Source of the DNA: Lama guanicoe
Taxonomy: Eukaryota
Reading direction: 5' to 3'
DNA: 64,000 bases
NCBI GenBank assembly: GCA_013239625.1
Contig: MU053588.1
Coordinates: 3,934,799 to 3,998,798 of the forward strand
The translations under genes were made by a program, and so were the position numbers. Positions 11,038 through 25,700 of this stretch are shown here, piece by piece; the first letter of the stretch is position 1, and every line of letters starts with the position of its first letter. Under the pieces are notes generated by a model that saw nothing but the letters and a program-made list of their open reading frames with translations, searched no databases and was not told the DNA's origin.

Positions 11038-12639
11038 CTGAAAGAAAATGAGAAAACATTAAACAAATGCTATTTTCCTATACTGGGGGTCAGAAAAGGC
11101 CTTCCATAGTAAGAACAGTGATAAATTGACAAGTATATCCATTAGAAATGAAAGGGTCGTCAAATCCTAAAATACAGTGATGAAGTTGTTTAAAGGCAAG
11201 AAGAGCTCAGAAAATTATGAAAGTTCACACAAAACTATAAAGTTTGTGAGGAGGCAAAGAGAAAAAGTCAGCAGTTCTCATATTTAGTGTGGATCAGAAT
11301 TACCAAGGGAATTTATTACACATACTACCCTTCCGATACCCACTGAGACTAAGCAAATCAGAATGTATGAGTGGGTCCTGTTCGTCTGCATTTCTAATAT
11401 TCTCTACCAGATGGCTCTCTGTGATTTTTTTCAATGGTCTGTCTTCACCTTAGAATGAAACCCAAGCACATAACCATGAATAAGAAGACTCTTATCTTAT
11501 TTCTACAAATTTTCATTTCAAGCCCCTGACATCTTTGTTCCCTAAATCCGACAACACTGCATCTTTTCAGCTACCAGAACATACCACAACCTTTCCCACT
11601 GCCTGGGGCTTCATGCAAGACGCTCTGCCTTTCAGGAATCCTCTTAGATGGCTTCTCTCCATTACTGTCTCCAGGTGTTGCAAGTTAGAAACCACTTCCT
11701 CAGAAAGGCTGGCTCTGCTAACTCTGTAAATTCATATCCTTTATTCTACCTCCAATAGCTAAGTCTGTGTCTTCATGGTACTCTTCTCTATTACATATTT
11801 ATTGTCTCATTTGTTTTTCTACTTATTTTCTTACTCTAAAACTCACTTATGGACTTGAAATTTCTTTCAACTACCACTGAAAAACAAGTTCTACCACAAG
11901 GTAAGTATTAAATAATTATCTGTAGAATAAAATACTGAATTAAAAAAGTAATGGGTGAAAATCAAGGTAAGGATGAAAATCAAGGTCACTGGAGAAGGCA
12001 GCTGAGTAAAATAAACATCTAGTTTGTGAAAATTATGCAACAGTTACCAGCTATCTCTCTTTGACTCTAGTCTCCCACCTCTTATTATTGTAAAATGTGC
12101 TTTCCTCTCTCATTTACCTTATAGATGAGAAAAGTGCACATCCAAACCAACTCAGTCAAAAACATAAATGGAAAAGTTGATACCTGACTGTTCTCCAGCT
12201 GCCTGTCCCCTTAAAACTATACACATCTTTACCATTGTTGTTTAATCCTTCTGTGCATGGCCATGATTGGTTTTGTTTAAGTAATCAGATGTTATACTAC
12301 CTTCATCAGGATACTTTCAATATTATCCATCCACCCTACAGATGCTCAATGTTTTGTCCCCAAGGTCTTTCCCCAGTTCTCCCTTTTATTCCTTTATAGC
12401 CAAGGCCAATTGTTTTTGAATTTTACAGAAATGTGTATCCATAATTTATCAGGAGTTGTATCAGTTGATATATTTTTAAAGACTTACAAAAGTCTAAGCA
12501 AATGAACTTGGGGATGTTGAGGGAAAAACAGAGTAACTGAATGGGAGAAACTCGAGTGGCTAGGACTCTGCAACAAGGGATATGCTGAATGTAGGCTGAA
12601 GACTGGTAATCCAGATGGTGGAGCAGCCTGAGGAAATCT

Positions 12640-13960
12640 GATGTGCTTAGTGGATCAAGTATGAACTGAAGACAAGTGGAATTCTTCTTTGAATAAAGTA
12701 TGATATGTTTAAAATGTCAAAATAATACAAGCAATATTCTCTGAACCAATGAGAAATGAGTAACAATCTCAAAAAGCCAAAACATTTTCTATTTATAAAT
12801 GAAAAGCTCTCAACAACTGCTGTTAGGTCAATGAGAAAATACAAACTGAAACCACAGAACTTCTTGAAAACAATGATGATGAAAACACCACACTTCAGAA
12901 TCTATGGATTTCAACCACAGTGCAGCAAACTCAGAGACTAAAGACTAATGTCTAATGAAAAATAAAAGAATTAAAATGAATAAATTAAGCATTCCATTTA
13001 AAAATTAGGAAAAGAAAACAGAGAAAGAATGATAAATTACACTGAAAGAAGACAGAAAAGGGAAATTAATACAAGAAAAGCAAAATGTAAATAAAATAGT
13101 ATAATTAACATACAAACCACTAGCCTTATTCAAGGAGGCTAGTGGTTTGGATTTTATAGGAGGAAAATCCAAACATAACGGCAACAGAGAAATAGTCATC
13201 AATCAAGAAAGAGAAAATTTAGGAAAAAAATCATACAACTATGCAAGTAAATTTGAGATGTACATGAAATGATGGCTCTTTCTGAAAATATAATTCATCA
13301 AAACTGAGACCAGCTAAATTTACTGACTTGCTTCTAACAAATAAGAATATAGAAAGGGTAAAATAACTTTACAGTGAAGAAAACTGACAGGAACCACCTT
13401 CAACAAGTTTTTAAGGCTAATACCCCAGTATAAATCATGTTGCTATGTACCCCCAAAATCAGAAGGGTACTTCTCTGGTATTCTTCCCACAAATCTATAA
13501 TCTCAGCTTAATCATAAGAAAGCATCAAACAAACCCAAAATGTGGGGCAATCTACAAAATATCTGACCAGTACTCTTGCAAAGTACCAAGGTTATGAAAT
13601 ACAAGGAAAGACTGAGAAATTGTCACAGATTGGAGGAGACTAAGGTCACGTGTTGACTAAATACAATATAGTATCCTGGATTGGATCCTAGAATAGAAAA
13701 AAAGAATTAGTGCAGAAACTGGTGAAACCTGAATAAAATAGGTAGTTAATAGTATGGTAAAACATTAATTTGATAGGTTTATAGATGTACCATAGTTGTG
13801 TAAGGGACCAGTACATTGGAACTCTCTGTACTGCATTTGTAACTCTTCTATAAATCTAAAATAATTTCAAAATAAAAAGTAAAACAACAACTACAGACTC
13901 CAGAACAGATGAAAAATCTAAACAAACCAATTTCCACAGAAGAAATAGGGGGAAAAATGT
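12640..13960 (+). mobile_element. Old L1 fragments (ORF2 and 3' UTR)
   Basis: Degenerate L1-like A-rich sequence, including a mammalian-wide L1ME/MC-type 3' end at about 13300-13880. Confidence 0.55.
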
Positions 13961-14271
13961 GAATTTATCCCCACCAAAAGGCAATCTCAATGAGCTTCCC
14001 CTGTTGGCCAGGTTTCAGTCTCTATAAATTATTTCCACTAATATGAACTAGGGTGCCTAAAAGAAGCAACTGCAGGATGGATCAGAGGGAAGTAGGAAGG
14101 TAAATGAAGGAGGGAAAATTTAGGTGCTGAATGCAGATGCCCATTTCAACCTAACAAAGCTCAAACTAGTCCTTTGAGACCATGGAGCAAAAACTTAACT
14201 GGTTTCTTGGCACAGAGCATAAAATATAAAGTAGAGAAAAGTGGATATTTCAGATAACAGATTCTACATTA

Positions 14272-14439
<168 letters not shown>

Positions 14440-14829
14440 TTATTTGTAAAAGTAAAAAAAAAATTTCAAGATGGAATACTGAGTTGTAATAGGAGCAATA
14501 TATAAAAACAATAGGCTTAAGTTAAAGATCATGACATGATTATATGACAATAAATAAATTAGCATATCTGAAGTAGGGTGCCTACACGATCTTTAAGAAT
14601 ACTGTTAGAGTACACAAACTTTCTCTTAAAATATAGAAAAACTGATATATCCAAATGTATGAAAATGAAGAAAGTAATCAGACTTTCCCAATTAAATGAA
14701 GTCGTATATGTAAGCATATACTTATATACATACCTGCTATGTGCCCTAGTCACAAGCTATTAATAAATGCAAGTTCTTACATGTTTTCTCTTCAAGGAAT
14801 ATGTAAAAAGAATTGATTCTTCCCTAAAA

Positions 14830-15720
14830 GTGAATTATAAAATCCCAGCCAAAATGAGATAACAGGGCTTGGATTGACCCTCCCAAAAATGAAAAAATTA
14901 CCAAAAACCTGGACAAAATGTATGAAACAATGGTTTTCAAGACATTGGGCAATGAAAAACTGATCCCCAAGAGACAAGTAACAAATGAAGTGAACCCTAT
15001 AATTGCCCTCACTTACTACCAGGAGAAAGGACTTCTCTACAACTATCAGAATGGCTAAACGTTTAAACACTGACCATTTTAAGCACTGGTGAGGATGTGA
15101 AAAAAATGGAACACTCATACACTGCTGGTGGGAATATAAAATGGTACAATCACTTTAAGAATAGTTTGTTGGTTTCCTAAAAGGTTAAACATCCATATGA
15201 CCCAGCTGTTCTACTTCCAGTGCTTACCCAAGAGACATGAAAGCGTATGTCCATGCAAAGATCTATGCATGAAGGTTCACAGTAGCTTTATTTGTAGAAA
15301 GTAGAAAGAACCCAAATGTCCATCAACAGAGAGAACAGACAAATTGCAGTACATCCTGAGAAGACTAGTCAGCAATTAATATGGAATGCACAACATGGAT
15401 GAATCTCAAACTAAATATGCCAAGTGAAATAAGACAGACAAAAAAGAGCACATAATGTATGGTTCTATTTGCATAAAATTCTAGAAAAACCAACTAACCT
15501 ATAGTGATATAAAGCAGAACAGTGGTTGCCTGGGCATGTAGGGCAGGATGAGGAAGGGACACATAAAAGGAGGAATGAGAAAAATGTTGGAGCGATGGAT
15601 ATATTCATTATCTTAACTGTGGTGATGGTTTCATGGTTGCATACATCTGTCAAAACTTATCACATTCCACATGTCAAAGATGAGCAGTTTATTGTCAGTT
15701 ACATTTAAGTAAATATGCCT
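14830..15720 (+). mobile_element. Old L1 fragments (ORF2 end and 3' UTR)
   Basis: actcatacactgctggtgggaatataaaatggtacaa, cccaaatgtccatcaacag and caacatggatgaatctcaa are L1 signatures. Confidence 0.75.
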
Positions 15721-16699
15721 TAAAAAGATAAAATACATACAATTAATTTTATGTCAAATATCCCCCAAAAGCTGATGAAGTTTCCTTCTTAGAAATAGGG
15801 TTGTATAAAATTAAGTAATTTTACCAAGACACAAGTTTATTATATGTCAGATTATATCATAAGTATTTCCTTTATTCTGACAAATTAACATTTTCATTTA
15901 GTCTCTCTTAAAGACATCAGATTTAATCTTAAAGTACTAAGGTATTATTAATAATATTAATATAGAGAGTATTATACCATAATAGCATTTAGGTGGGCAT
16001 AAATCCTAGCCTCTTCCCCGCTGTTCAGTATTATCCACCAGACATGGTTCTAGATGATCTTCCTCTCTACAATCCTTTACTGAACTTCTGGTTCATGAGT
16101 TAGAACACACTAACGTTGGATGACTCAGAACAACGCTGAATCACTCAAGACCAGCAATTTCTCTTCCACCACAAAGTGGACCTCAGAACCCTACTCATTT
16201 CTCAGAGACTCCTTAGCCAAAACCATTCCCCTCACCTCTAGGCAGGCACCAAGTCCATTTCTATCCCAACCCAAAAGATTTTCAAAGCTGAGATGAGACC
16301 ATTCATTATCAAATTCTCCCTTATCTACCTGAAAAGTTGTAGAGGAAGTTCTCCCTCCTCTGGTCAGACAGGACCACCATTTCTATATAACAAAACTATA
16401 AATCTGACAAGGGAAGCTCAAATATTTCCTTCAAGGTACTTCAACCTTTCACTGCTCCAATACTGCTCTCAAGAGAAGACTGAACACAGAAGATGAATAA
16501 ATTATTTGATGGATAAGTGAAAAATCAGTTTGAAAAACAGGGGCAAATAAGAAGGGCACCATCCTTCTCCTTAAGGAGAGGAAATTTGAAATAGGTTCAG
16601 AGATACAGCTTTCCTAGGAGGGAGGTTTGGGGATAAAGAATGAAAATATTACCTGAATTAAAAATCCTAATATTTCAGGAAGGAGAGACAGCTACTTAC

Positions 16700-16708
16700 C
16701 TGGGACAT
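16700..16708 (-). CDS. ZNF404: ZNF404 start-codon exon (MSQ); whole exon about 16700-16759
   Basis: Minus strand reads aaaaccATGTCCCAG|gtaagt, with a pyrimidine-rich acceptor cctccctcag before 16759. Phase 0 fits the KRAB-A exon. Confidence 0.8.
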
Positions 16709-18355
16709 GGTTTTTGAACTGCCAGTCCTCCTCAGAAACTCAGTCCAGAGAAGCCAGAGCTGAGGGAGGAAGAAGAAGCCTTGAGACGCAACATACCTCA
16801 GAACTCCAAAAATTATTTAAGGTAAGAGAGCCTTTCTTTTTTCTTATTTATTCCTGCTTCCCACCATCCTCACCAACTCCCTGCCCTCCCAAACACATAA
16901 ACACACTTCAGGGGATATGAAAAGGAGTCCAGACAAATCCAAGCCCCTTCCATGCCTGGGGAAACAAGCCACACAAGCATGCATACAGGGCAGAGGCCCT
17001 CATGCACCAAAGCCAGATCCAGACACCCAGCTCTGGTCTGTTTCTCATTCTGATCACGCCTAATGTACCCAGTCTGGGTTGCCCGGTCATACTGAGTAGA
17101 TCCCAATCCAGCCCTACCTTCCAGGGTTGAGAGTGCGCCGTACAACCCAAGCTTCAACAACCTTATTGGCCCCAAGGTGGACCTGGACTCTGCCAGACAA
17201 AAGGCAGACAACAGTAGAGACCAACCTGGAAGCCTTGACCACTATAAATGAAACTGCCTGTCCATGTGAAGCCTGAACTTGACTCCCACGATCCTCTGGG
17301 CTGACCAACCTGGACTTCCCCATCAGGGTCCACTGTGCTTGCTGATACGAATCATTGCCTGTGACCCCTCTCCCCTGCTCCCAACCCACCCACTACCCAC
17401 AAGGGTGGAGTGGATTCATGCTCACTGAAGCTGTATGGCAACACATAGATTTTTGTAACCTTCTGTGTGATAGATGCTCTATGCACATTAACATGTAATC
17501 CTGAAATGTACTGATAATCAGTTCAATAGATAAGGAAATAGAAGCTCAAAGAAGTAAAGATATTTTTCCATGTCACAAACAAGTAGAAGTGATGTGTTTT
17601 TCATCACATTTTTTTCTGTTTTTAATTTTTAATATTTTTGGGTTTTTTTCTTCATTTGTATTGAATCACATTTCTGTAATTATAAAGCCAACTTTTTTTT
17701 CCAAATGTTGCCCCTGATGGCCAGACTTTGTTCCATTGTATGAAACCTGAGCGTAGGTATTCAAGACATCACCTATCAAAAGATTTACTAAAGAGATGTT
17801 TTAAAGCAATAAAATATTATCATTTTACAGGTATTCAGCTGTCAGATTTTAAAAGTTGATGACACACTACATATTAGTAAGGTTGTAGGGAGAAGCACAT
17901 CCTCATTGCTGTCCTGTAGACCTGTGAAAGCCTAGTGCAACTGAGACACGTAAGTAGAATTCTGCATAAGAATTTAACAATGAAGGGCCATTTCTGAGAT
18001 TCCATCCAAAGAAGATAAACCATAAAATGTGCCTAGAGATGTATAAAGGAATATGATGATGGACACTTACTAAAATGAAAAAAAAAGCTGCAGGAAAATC
18101 TAAAGGTAGTTAGATGAGCAGTTAATTAAATAATTGAAAGTGTATTCATAATTGCACCTCTTGGGAAGTGATGGAAATGTTAGCTATCTTTATTGTGGTG
18201 GCGGTTTCATGGGTGTATACATCTATCAACATTCATCAAATTGTACATCTGAAATATGTGTAGTTTACCGTACAGGAACCACGCCACAAGGGTGTTAAAA
18301 AAAAGTATATTCATATAATGGAAAATGAAGTAGATACTGAATATATTTATGCAGA

Positions 18356-18570
18356 TCACTGGTTCTCAGTAGGGGGTGATTCTTCTCCCCAGGACGCATT
18401 CACAATGTCTGGCGACAATTTGGTTGCCAAGATGTGTGGAGGGGTGCTCCTGTCTCTAGTGGGTAGAGATCAGGGATGCTGCTGGCCATCCTACAATGCA
18501 CAGGAAAGCCCCCCACCACAAAGAATTACCTATCCAAAAATAGCAACAGTGCTAAGGTTGAGAAACCCCG
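18356..18570. mobile_element. MER20 hAT MITE
   Basis: cactggttctcagtagggggtgatt...gctaaggttgagaaaccc ends and internal gggtagagatcagggatgctgct match MER20. Confidence 0.75.
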
Positions 18571-18599
18571 ACCTAGACTCACTGAAGGAACATAACATA

Positions 18600-21500
18600 A
18601 TCTAGAGTCTCAATAATATATTATCCACAATGCCAGCATATGATAAAACTTACAAGAAATGAAAAGAAACAAGAAAGAGTTACTGATACTCAAGAGAGAA
18701 AAATCTCAAGAGAAACAATCTCAGAGATGATCCAGATAGTGGAGCTAGTTTACAAGGACTTGAAGATACTATGATTAACGTGCTAAAGAAAACAGAGGAA
18801 AAGACAGGCGAGATGGAATGCAAATGGAGTATATCAATAAAGATTTAGAATCTTTAAAGGGAAAATCACATGAACATTTTATGGTTGTAAAAACATCATA
18901 TCAAAAATTAAAAATGTATTGGATAGATTTAACAGCAGAAAATTCTATTAATTAACATAAAGTCAAATTAACAATAATCAAACAAACAATAAGAGAATTA
19001 TATGAAACAGTCAAAATGTGAAATTGGACACCTAAAAGAAAATAGAACAGAAAATTTATTTGAGGAAATAATGGACAAAACATTCCAAATATCATGAAAT
19101 ACCCTGATACATAAATCAAAAAACTCAGCAAAATACCTAACCAAATGAAATAAAGAAATCCACACCTAGGCACGTCATGGCCAGATTGTTGAAAAACAAA
19201 GTTGAAAATATATCTTAATGTACATTTTTAAATTTTTGTTTTGTTTTGTTTTTACAAATGCTGCAGAAATGCCATTTATTACTTAATCACCATTGGTAGT
19301 TACTAGGTGCACTGAAAACATACAGACATAGCAAATCAATTAGTAGTGAAGTCATTATGAAAACACTTTGTCAAATTACTTCAGTGCCAAATAAATCCAT
19401 AATTTATTTTCTACAAATAGATAGCATGAGCATTTGTAATGATTGTCCATTTATCTTTTTTTCCTTTTTCCCTTTTGAACCCCTTCATCCAAACATAAAT
19501 GTATGTTTGGTAATAGCAGAATAGTTAAAAATCAATGATCTACCTTTGGAAGCTAGGAAAGGAAAAGCAAATTATAGAAAGTAAAACACTAAAAGAAACC
19601 AATGACATAAAAAACTCAAGTACACAACAGAGAAAAATCAATAAAGCCAAAAGCTATTTCATTGAAGAGATACAATTCATAAATCTCTAGCTGTACTGAT
19701 CAAGAAAAAATCGCCAATATCAGGAATATAAAAGGAGATATCACTACATATATTACAGGCATTAAATTGATAACAGAATTTTATGAACAACTGTAGGACA
19801 ATAAACTTGAAAATGTAGGTGAAATTTTAAAATTTCTGGAAAACACAATTTAATGAAACTGATCTAAGAAGTAGAAAATCTGAATATTATTGTATTTATT
19901 AAAGAAGTTAAATCTATTTTAAGGACCTTCCCACAAAATGTCAGGCCCAGAGGCTTCAGTGGCAAATTCTCCAAACATTAATTAAAAATTGAAAATGCCA
20001 ATCAAATTCAGTCTCTTCTAGACAAACCAAAAAATGGACCATATCATGAGGCCAGCATAACTGTGACATCAAAACTTGACAAGGATATTACAAGAAAGGA
20101 AAATTATGGTGTATCTTTCTCATGAACAAAGGTATATGCATATTAAACAAAATCTTAGCAAGGAGAAACCAGTGATACATCTGACCAAGACATTTATTAG
20201 AGAAATTCAAAAGTCACTTAATTTTCAGAAAGCAGTCAATGTAACCTTCCAATTTTAAATAATAAAGGAGAAATATCCGTTCATTAGATGTAGAAAAACC
20301 ATTTGATAATATGAACATCAGTTTGTGATAAAAATTCTCAGCAAACTAGGAACAGAAGAGAACTTCTTTAATCTGATAAAGGGGATCTTACAGAATAAAA
20401 CTGAGAGGTGACAATATGGACCGCTGTCTTTCTGAGTTCAGGAATAAGGCAAGGTTGTCCACTTTTATCACTTTTGTTCAACTTTGTGCAGAAGACCTAT
20501 CCGATACCGTAAGAGAAAAAAGTGAAATGAATGGTATGAAGATTGGAAAGAAAGAAGTAAATCCATCTTTATTTGCAGATAACATCATTTTGTACATAGA
20601 ATACTTCAGTTCTACAAACAACTGGAATTAACATGAATTTATTAGCAAACTTGTGAAATAAAAGGTCACAGTATAAAACACAATTGTATGAAAGCAAAGC
20701 TACTGAAAAATGAAATTTTAAAGATCCCAACAGTTTATAAAAAGCATGAAAAATGTAAAACACTTTGGAATAAATCTAACAAAAGAGGTGCAAGACTTTT
20801 AGGCTGAAAGCAAACATTAAGGAAAGAAATTAAAGAAAAATTAAATAAATGGAAACATTTCATGTTCATGAATTGGAAGAATCACTTTTAAGATTATCAG
20901 TTCTCTCTAAATTGACCTATTGATTCAATGCATCTCCAAACAATGTCAGCAGATTTTTTTAGAACATTAACAAATTCATTTTAAAATTATATGGAAATTC
21001 TAAGAATCCAGAAAAGTCAGGACAATTTTGAAGAACAAAGTTGTCAAGTGCACATTACCAGATATCAAGACATAATGTAAAACTATTGTAATTAAAACAG
21101 GAGGACTGACACTGGATTGATAAACAGCCCAACAGAATAGAGTCCAGAAAGAGACCTGCATATATATAGTCATATTTTTCAACAATAAAAGTCTGACTGC
21201 AATTTAGAGAAGAAAGGATAGTCTTTTCAGAAAAAAAAATGGTGCCTGAACAATTGCCTACCTGCATGAAGAAAATGATTATGACCCTGATCCCACCACA
21301 TACACAGATATAAATTCAAGATAGATCACAGGCGTAAACGTGAAAACTGAAACAATAAAGTTTCTGCAAGAAGAAACAGGATAATACCTTCATGATCTTA
21401 GGGTAGGCAAAATTTTCCTTTTTTTAAAATTTTTATTTCCACTTACTTTAGACTTAGAGAAAAGTTGCAAGAATATTACAGAGAGTCCCTGTATGCGCCT

Positions 21501-23210
21501 CAACCTGATGTTAACATCTTACATAGAACAGTGATCAAAAACAGGAAATTCAGTGCCAAATAAATCCATAATTTATTTTCTACAAATAGATAGCATGAGC
21601 ATTTGTAATGATTGTCCATTTATCTTTTTTTCCTTTTTCCCTTTTGAACCCCTTCATCCAAACATAAATGTATGTTTGGTAATAGCAGAATAGTTAAAAA
21701 TCAATGATCTACCTTTGGAAGCTAGGAAAGGAAAAGCAAATTATAGAAAGTAAAACACTAAAAGAAACCAATGACATAAAAAACTCAAGTACACAGCAGA
21801 GAAAAATCAATAAAGCCAAAAGCTATTTCATTGAAGAGATACAATTAATAAATCTCTAGCTGTACTGATCAAGAAAAAATCGCCAATATCAGGAATATAA
21901 AAGGAGATATCACTACATATATTACAGGCATTAAATTGATAACAGAATTTTATGAACAACTGTAGGACAATAAACTTGAAAATGTAGGTGAAATTTTAAA
22001 ATTTCTGGAAAACACAATTTAATGAAACTGATCTAAGAAGTAGAAAATCTGAATATTATTGTATTTATTAAAGAAGTTAAATCTATTTTAAGGACCTTCC
22101 CACAAAATGTCAGGCCCAGAGGCTTCAGTGGCAAATTCTCCAAACATTAATTAAAAATTGAAAATGCCAATCAAATTCAGTCTCTTCTAGACAAACCAAA
22201 AAATGGACCATATCATGAGGCCAGCATAACTGTGACATCAAAACTTGACAAGGATATTACAAGAAAGGAAAATTATGGTGTATCTTTCTCATGAACAAAG
22301 GTATATGCATATTAAACAAAATCTTAGCAAGGAGAAACCAGTGATACATCTGACCAAGACATTTATTAGAGAAATTCAAAAGTCACTTAATTTTCAGAAA
22401 GCAGTCAATGTAACCTTCCAATTTTAAATAATAAAGGAGAAATATCCGTTCATTAGATGTAGAAAAACCATTTGATAATATGAACATCAGTTTGTGATAA
22501 AAATTCTCAGCAAACTAGGAACAGAAGAGAACTTCTTTAATCTGATAAAGGGGATCTTACAGAATAAAACTGAGAGGTGACAATATGGACCGCTGTCTTT
22601 CTGAGTTCAGGAATAAGGCAAGGTTGTCCACTTTTATCACTTTTGTTCAACTTTGTGCAGAAGACCTATCCGATACCGTAAGAGAAAAAAGTGAAATGAA
22701 TGGTATGAAGATTGGAAAGAAAGAAGTAAATCCATCTTTATTTGCAGATAACATCATTTTGTACATAGAATACTTCAGTTCTACAAACAACTGGAATTAA
22801 CATGAATTTATTAGCAAACTTGTGAAATAAAAGGTCACAGTATAAAACACAATTGTATGAAAGCAAAGCTACTGAAAAATGAAATTTATAAAACAGGAAC
22901 TGACACTGGATTGATAAACAGCCCAACAGAATAGAGTCCAGAAAGAGACCTGCATATATATAGTCATATTTTTCAACAATAAAAGTCTGACTGCAATTTA
23001 GAGAAGAAAGGATAGTCTTTTCAGAAAAAAAATGGTGCCTGAACAATTGCCTACCTGCATGAAGAAAATGATTATGACCCTGATCCCACCACATACACAG
23101 ATATAAATTCAAGATAGATCACAGGCGTAAACGTGAAAACTGAAACAATAAAGTTTCTGCAAGAAGAAACAGGATAATACCTTCATGATCTTAGGGTAGG
23201 CAAAATTTTC
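18600..23210 (+). mobile_element. Old L1 (ORF1/ORF2 remnants), partly tandem-duplicated
   Basis: ORF2 RT motif remnant SLFADNIILYIE occurs twice (ORFs at 20416 and 22585). Confidence 0.8.
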
Positions 23211-23343
23211 CTTTTTTTAAAATTTTTATTTCCACTTACTTTAGACTTAGAGAAAAGTTGCAAGAATATTACAGAGAGTCCCTGTATGCGCCTCAACCTG
23301 ATGTTAACATCTTACATAGAACAGTGATCAAAAACAGGAAATT
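19382..23343 (+). repeat. Near-identical tandem duplication, 2169-bp unit; copy 2 has an internal deletion of about 375 bp
   Basis: Copy 1 spans 19382-21550 and copy 2 spans 21551-23343. Identical ORFs at 20076/22245 and 20416/22585 are offset by 2169; the offset drops to about 1794 after 22888. Confidence 0.95.
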
Positions 23344-23509
23344 AACATTGGTACAGTACTACAGACGGCATATCTTATTCAGATATCACCAGTTTTCCCC
23401 ATTAATGTCCTTTCTCTTTCCCAGGATCCTATGTGTGATCCCACATTGCATTTAGCTGTTATTTCTCCTTAGTCCCTTCCAGTCTCCACAGTCTTTCTTG
23501 TGGTAATAG

Positions 23510-24135
23510 TTGTCAGTGGCTGCCATAACAAATTACCACAAATTTAGCTTAAAACAACACACATTTATTATCTCACAGTTTCTGTGGACCCGGAGTCTGG
23601 ACACAGTTTCACTAGGTGCCCTCCTCACGCTGGTCTCATAAGCTGAAAACAAGTTGTCAGCTGGGCTGTGTTCTCATTCAGAGGCTCAGCTGGGGAAGAG
23701 TCCATTTCCAAGTTCATTCAGATTAGTGGCAGGATTCACTTCCTTGCGGCTGGATGACTGAGGGCCCCAACTTTTTGCTGGCTGTCAGCTGGGGGATGCT
23801 TTCAGGTCCTAGAGGCTGCCTGCAGTTTCTTGCAATACGGGCTCCTCCAAAACTGCCACTTAGTTCAAGTCCACAAGAAGAGTCTCTTGTTCCAGTCTGC
23901 TGTGATGGAGTCTTTTATGACATAATATAACCACAGCAGGGACATCCTGTTACTTTTGCCATATAAACTAACCTAATCACATCACAGGAGTGGCATCCCT
24001 TCACCTTTGCCATTTCCTATTGGTTAGAAGCAAGTCACAGGTCCCGCTTGCACTCCAAAGGAGGGGGTCATACAATGGCATAGACACCGGCAGGCAGGAA
24101 CCATGGGGTCACCCTAACGTCTGTCCACCACACCT
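23510..24135. mobile_element. MLT1-family MaLR solo LTR
   Basis: gctgccataacaaattaccacaaatttagcttaaaacaacacacatttattatctcacagtttctgtgg at the start and ctattggttagaagcaagtcacagg near the end. Confidence 0.85.
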
Positions 24136-24619
24136 ATCTTCATGACCTTTTCACTTTGGAAGAATACCAATCGTTTATATCATCAAATGTTCCCTCCACT
24201 TGGTTTGTCTGATGTTTTCCTAATTGGAATGAGGCTCTGCATTTTCGGCAGTACCACCACAATTCTGTGTCCTTCTCACTGCATCATATGAAAGGGCTCA
24301 CGATCACGATGTCAGTGCTTTACCACTGATGACATTAACCTTGATCACTTGGTGAAACTACTTTCTGATGGGTTTCCCCACTAGAAAGTTACTCCCTTTC
24401 CCTCCGTAGTTAGTATCTTGAGTGGTGGAAGATACTTTAACACTATGCAAATCCTTTCTCACTTCAAACTTTCACCCACTAATTTCAGCATCTATCCATG
24501 GATCTGGTCTGAACCAACTGTTACTGTGGTGTTTGCCTAATGGCTGGTTTCTATGTCCCTCTTTCCCCCTATATTCAACAACTGGAAGTCTACTGTAAGG
24601 AAGAGCTGTCCCTTCTTCC

Positions 24620-25700
24620 TCAGGAAAAGATGTTTTAAAGAGAACAAAAATGCAATAACCATAAAAAAATTGGTAAATGAACTCTGTTAAAACGAAGAAC
24701 ATCTCTTCATTATAGGACATCATTAAGAAATTGAATAAGAAGCTTCAGGCTAATAGAAGATACTTCCTTTGTCTCTGACTCTACACACACACATACACAC
24801 ACACATACACACAGAGGTTTATATACACACAAAGAGGACTTGTATTCAAAATATATCTAAAATCCCTACAAATCAATAGGAAAATGAACAAAAGCCAGGC
24901 TAAAGAAATGGACGAAAGAGCTGAATAGACACTTAAGAGTATGTCAGAATGGGCAGAATCATATGAAAAGATGCTCATATCATTATCAGAAAAATGCAAA
25001 TTAAAATCACAATGAGATACAGCTACACATGCATCAGAATGGCTAAATTTAAAATGACTGACACTATCAAGTGTTGGCCAGTTTGAAAAGGAACTAGACC
25101 CTGCACACATTGCACTGGAGTGTAAATTAAGTCAACCACTTCCACCCCCAGGTATAGTCTCCGGAAAAACAAGACCATATGTCCACAAAAAAGACGTGTA
25201 CAAGAATTTTCATAAAAGGTTTATTCATATTAGGCAAATACTGGAAACAATTCATCATCATAAGAATGGTGTGATAAAGGCATTCAGTGGACTACTACAC
25301 AACACCTAGGTGGCGGGGGGACCTACTGATTGACAACACAACATGCATAAATCTCAAAAGTACGATTTTGGACAAAAGGCAGCAGATGCAGGAGATTCCA
25401 TTCACGTGAAGTTCAAGAAGCAGCAAATCTCATTATGAGTGACAGAAGTCAGAATAACATTTACTTCTTGTGGGGGAGGGGTGGTCTAACTGGGATGGGA
25501 CACAGGTAAATCCTCCAAGTGGGGATAGAAACACTCAATGTCTTGATCTGAGTGGTGTTTTCAGATGTAAAGACACTCAATGTCTTGATCTGAGTGGTGT
25601 TTTCAGATGTAAAGATTAAGCTAAGTACACAGCTAAGATTTGTGTACTTAAAAAAAAAGATGTGTACTTTATTATATATATTAAATAAAAAATATATGTA
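24620..25700 (+). mobile_element. Old L1 fragment (ORF2 end and 3' UTR) containing a (CA)n tract
   Basis: aaaatgcaaattaaaatcacaatgagatac L1 signature; (CA)n at about 24783-24830. Confidence 0.7.
25531..25614 (+). repeat. Perfect 42-bp tandem duplication
   Basis: acactcaatgtcttgatctgagtggtgttttcagatgtaaag occurs twice in tandem. Confidence 0.9.

Noticed and set aside
9590..11059. ORF-track start MFSHFLS for the 489-aa ORF
   Set aside because: The first residues are intronic polypyrimidine tract; the exon starts at 11037 and splices to KRAB-A.
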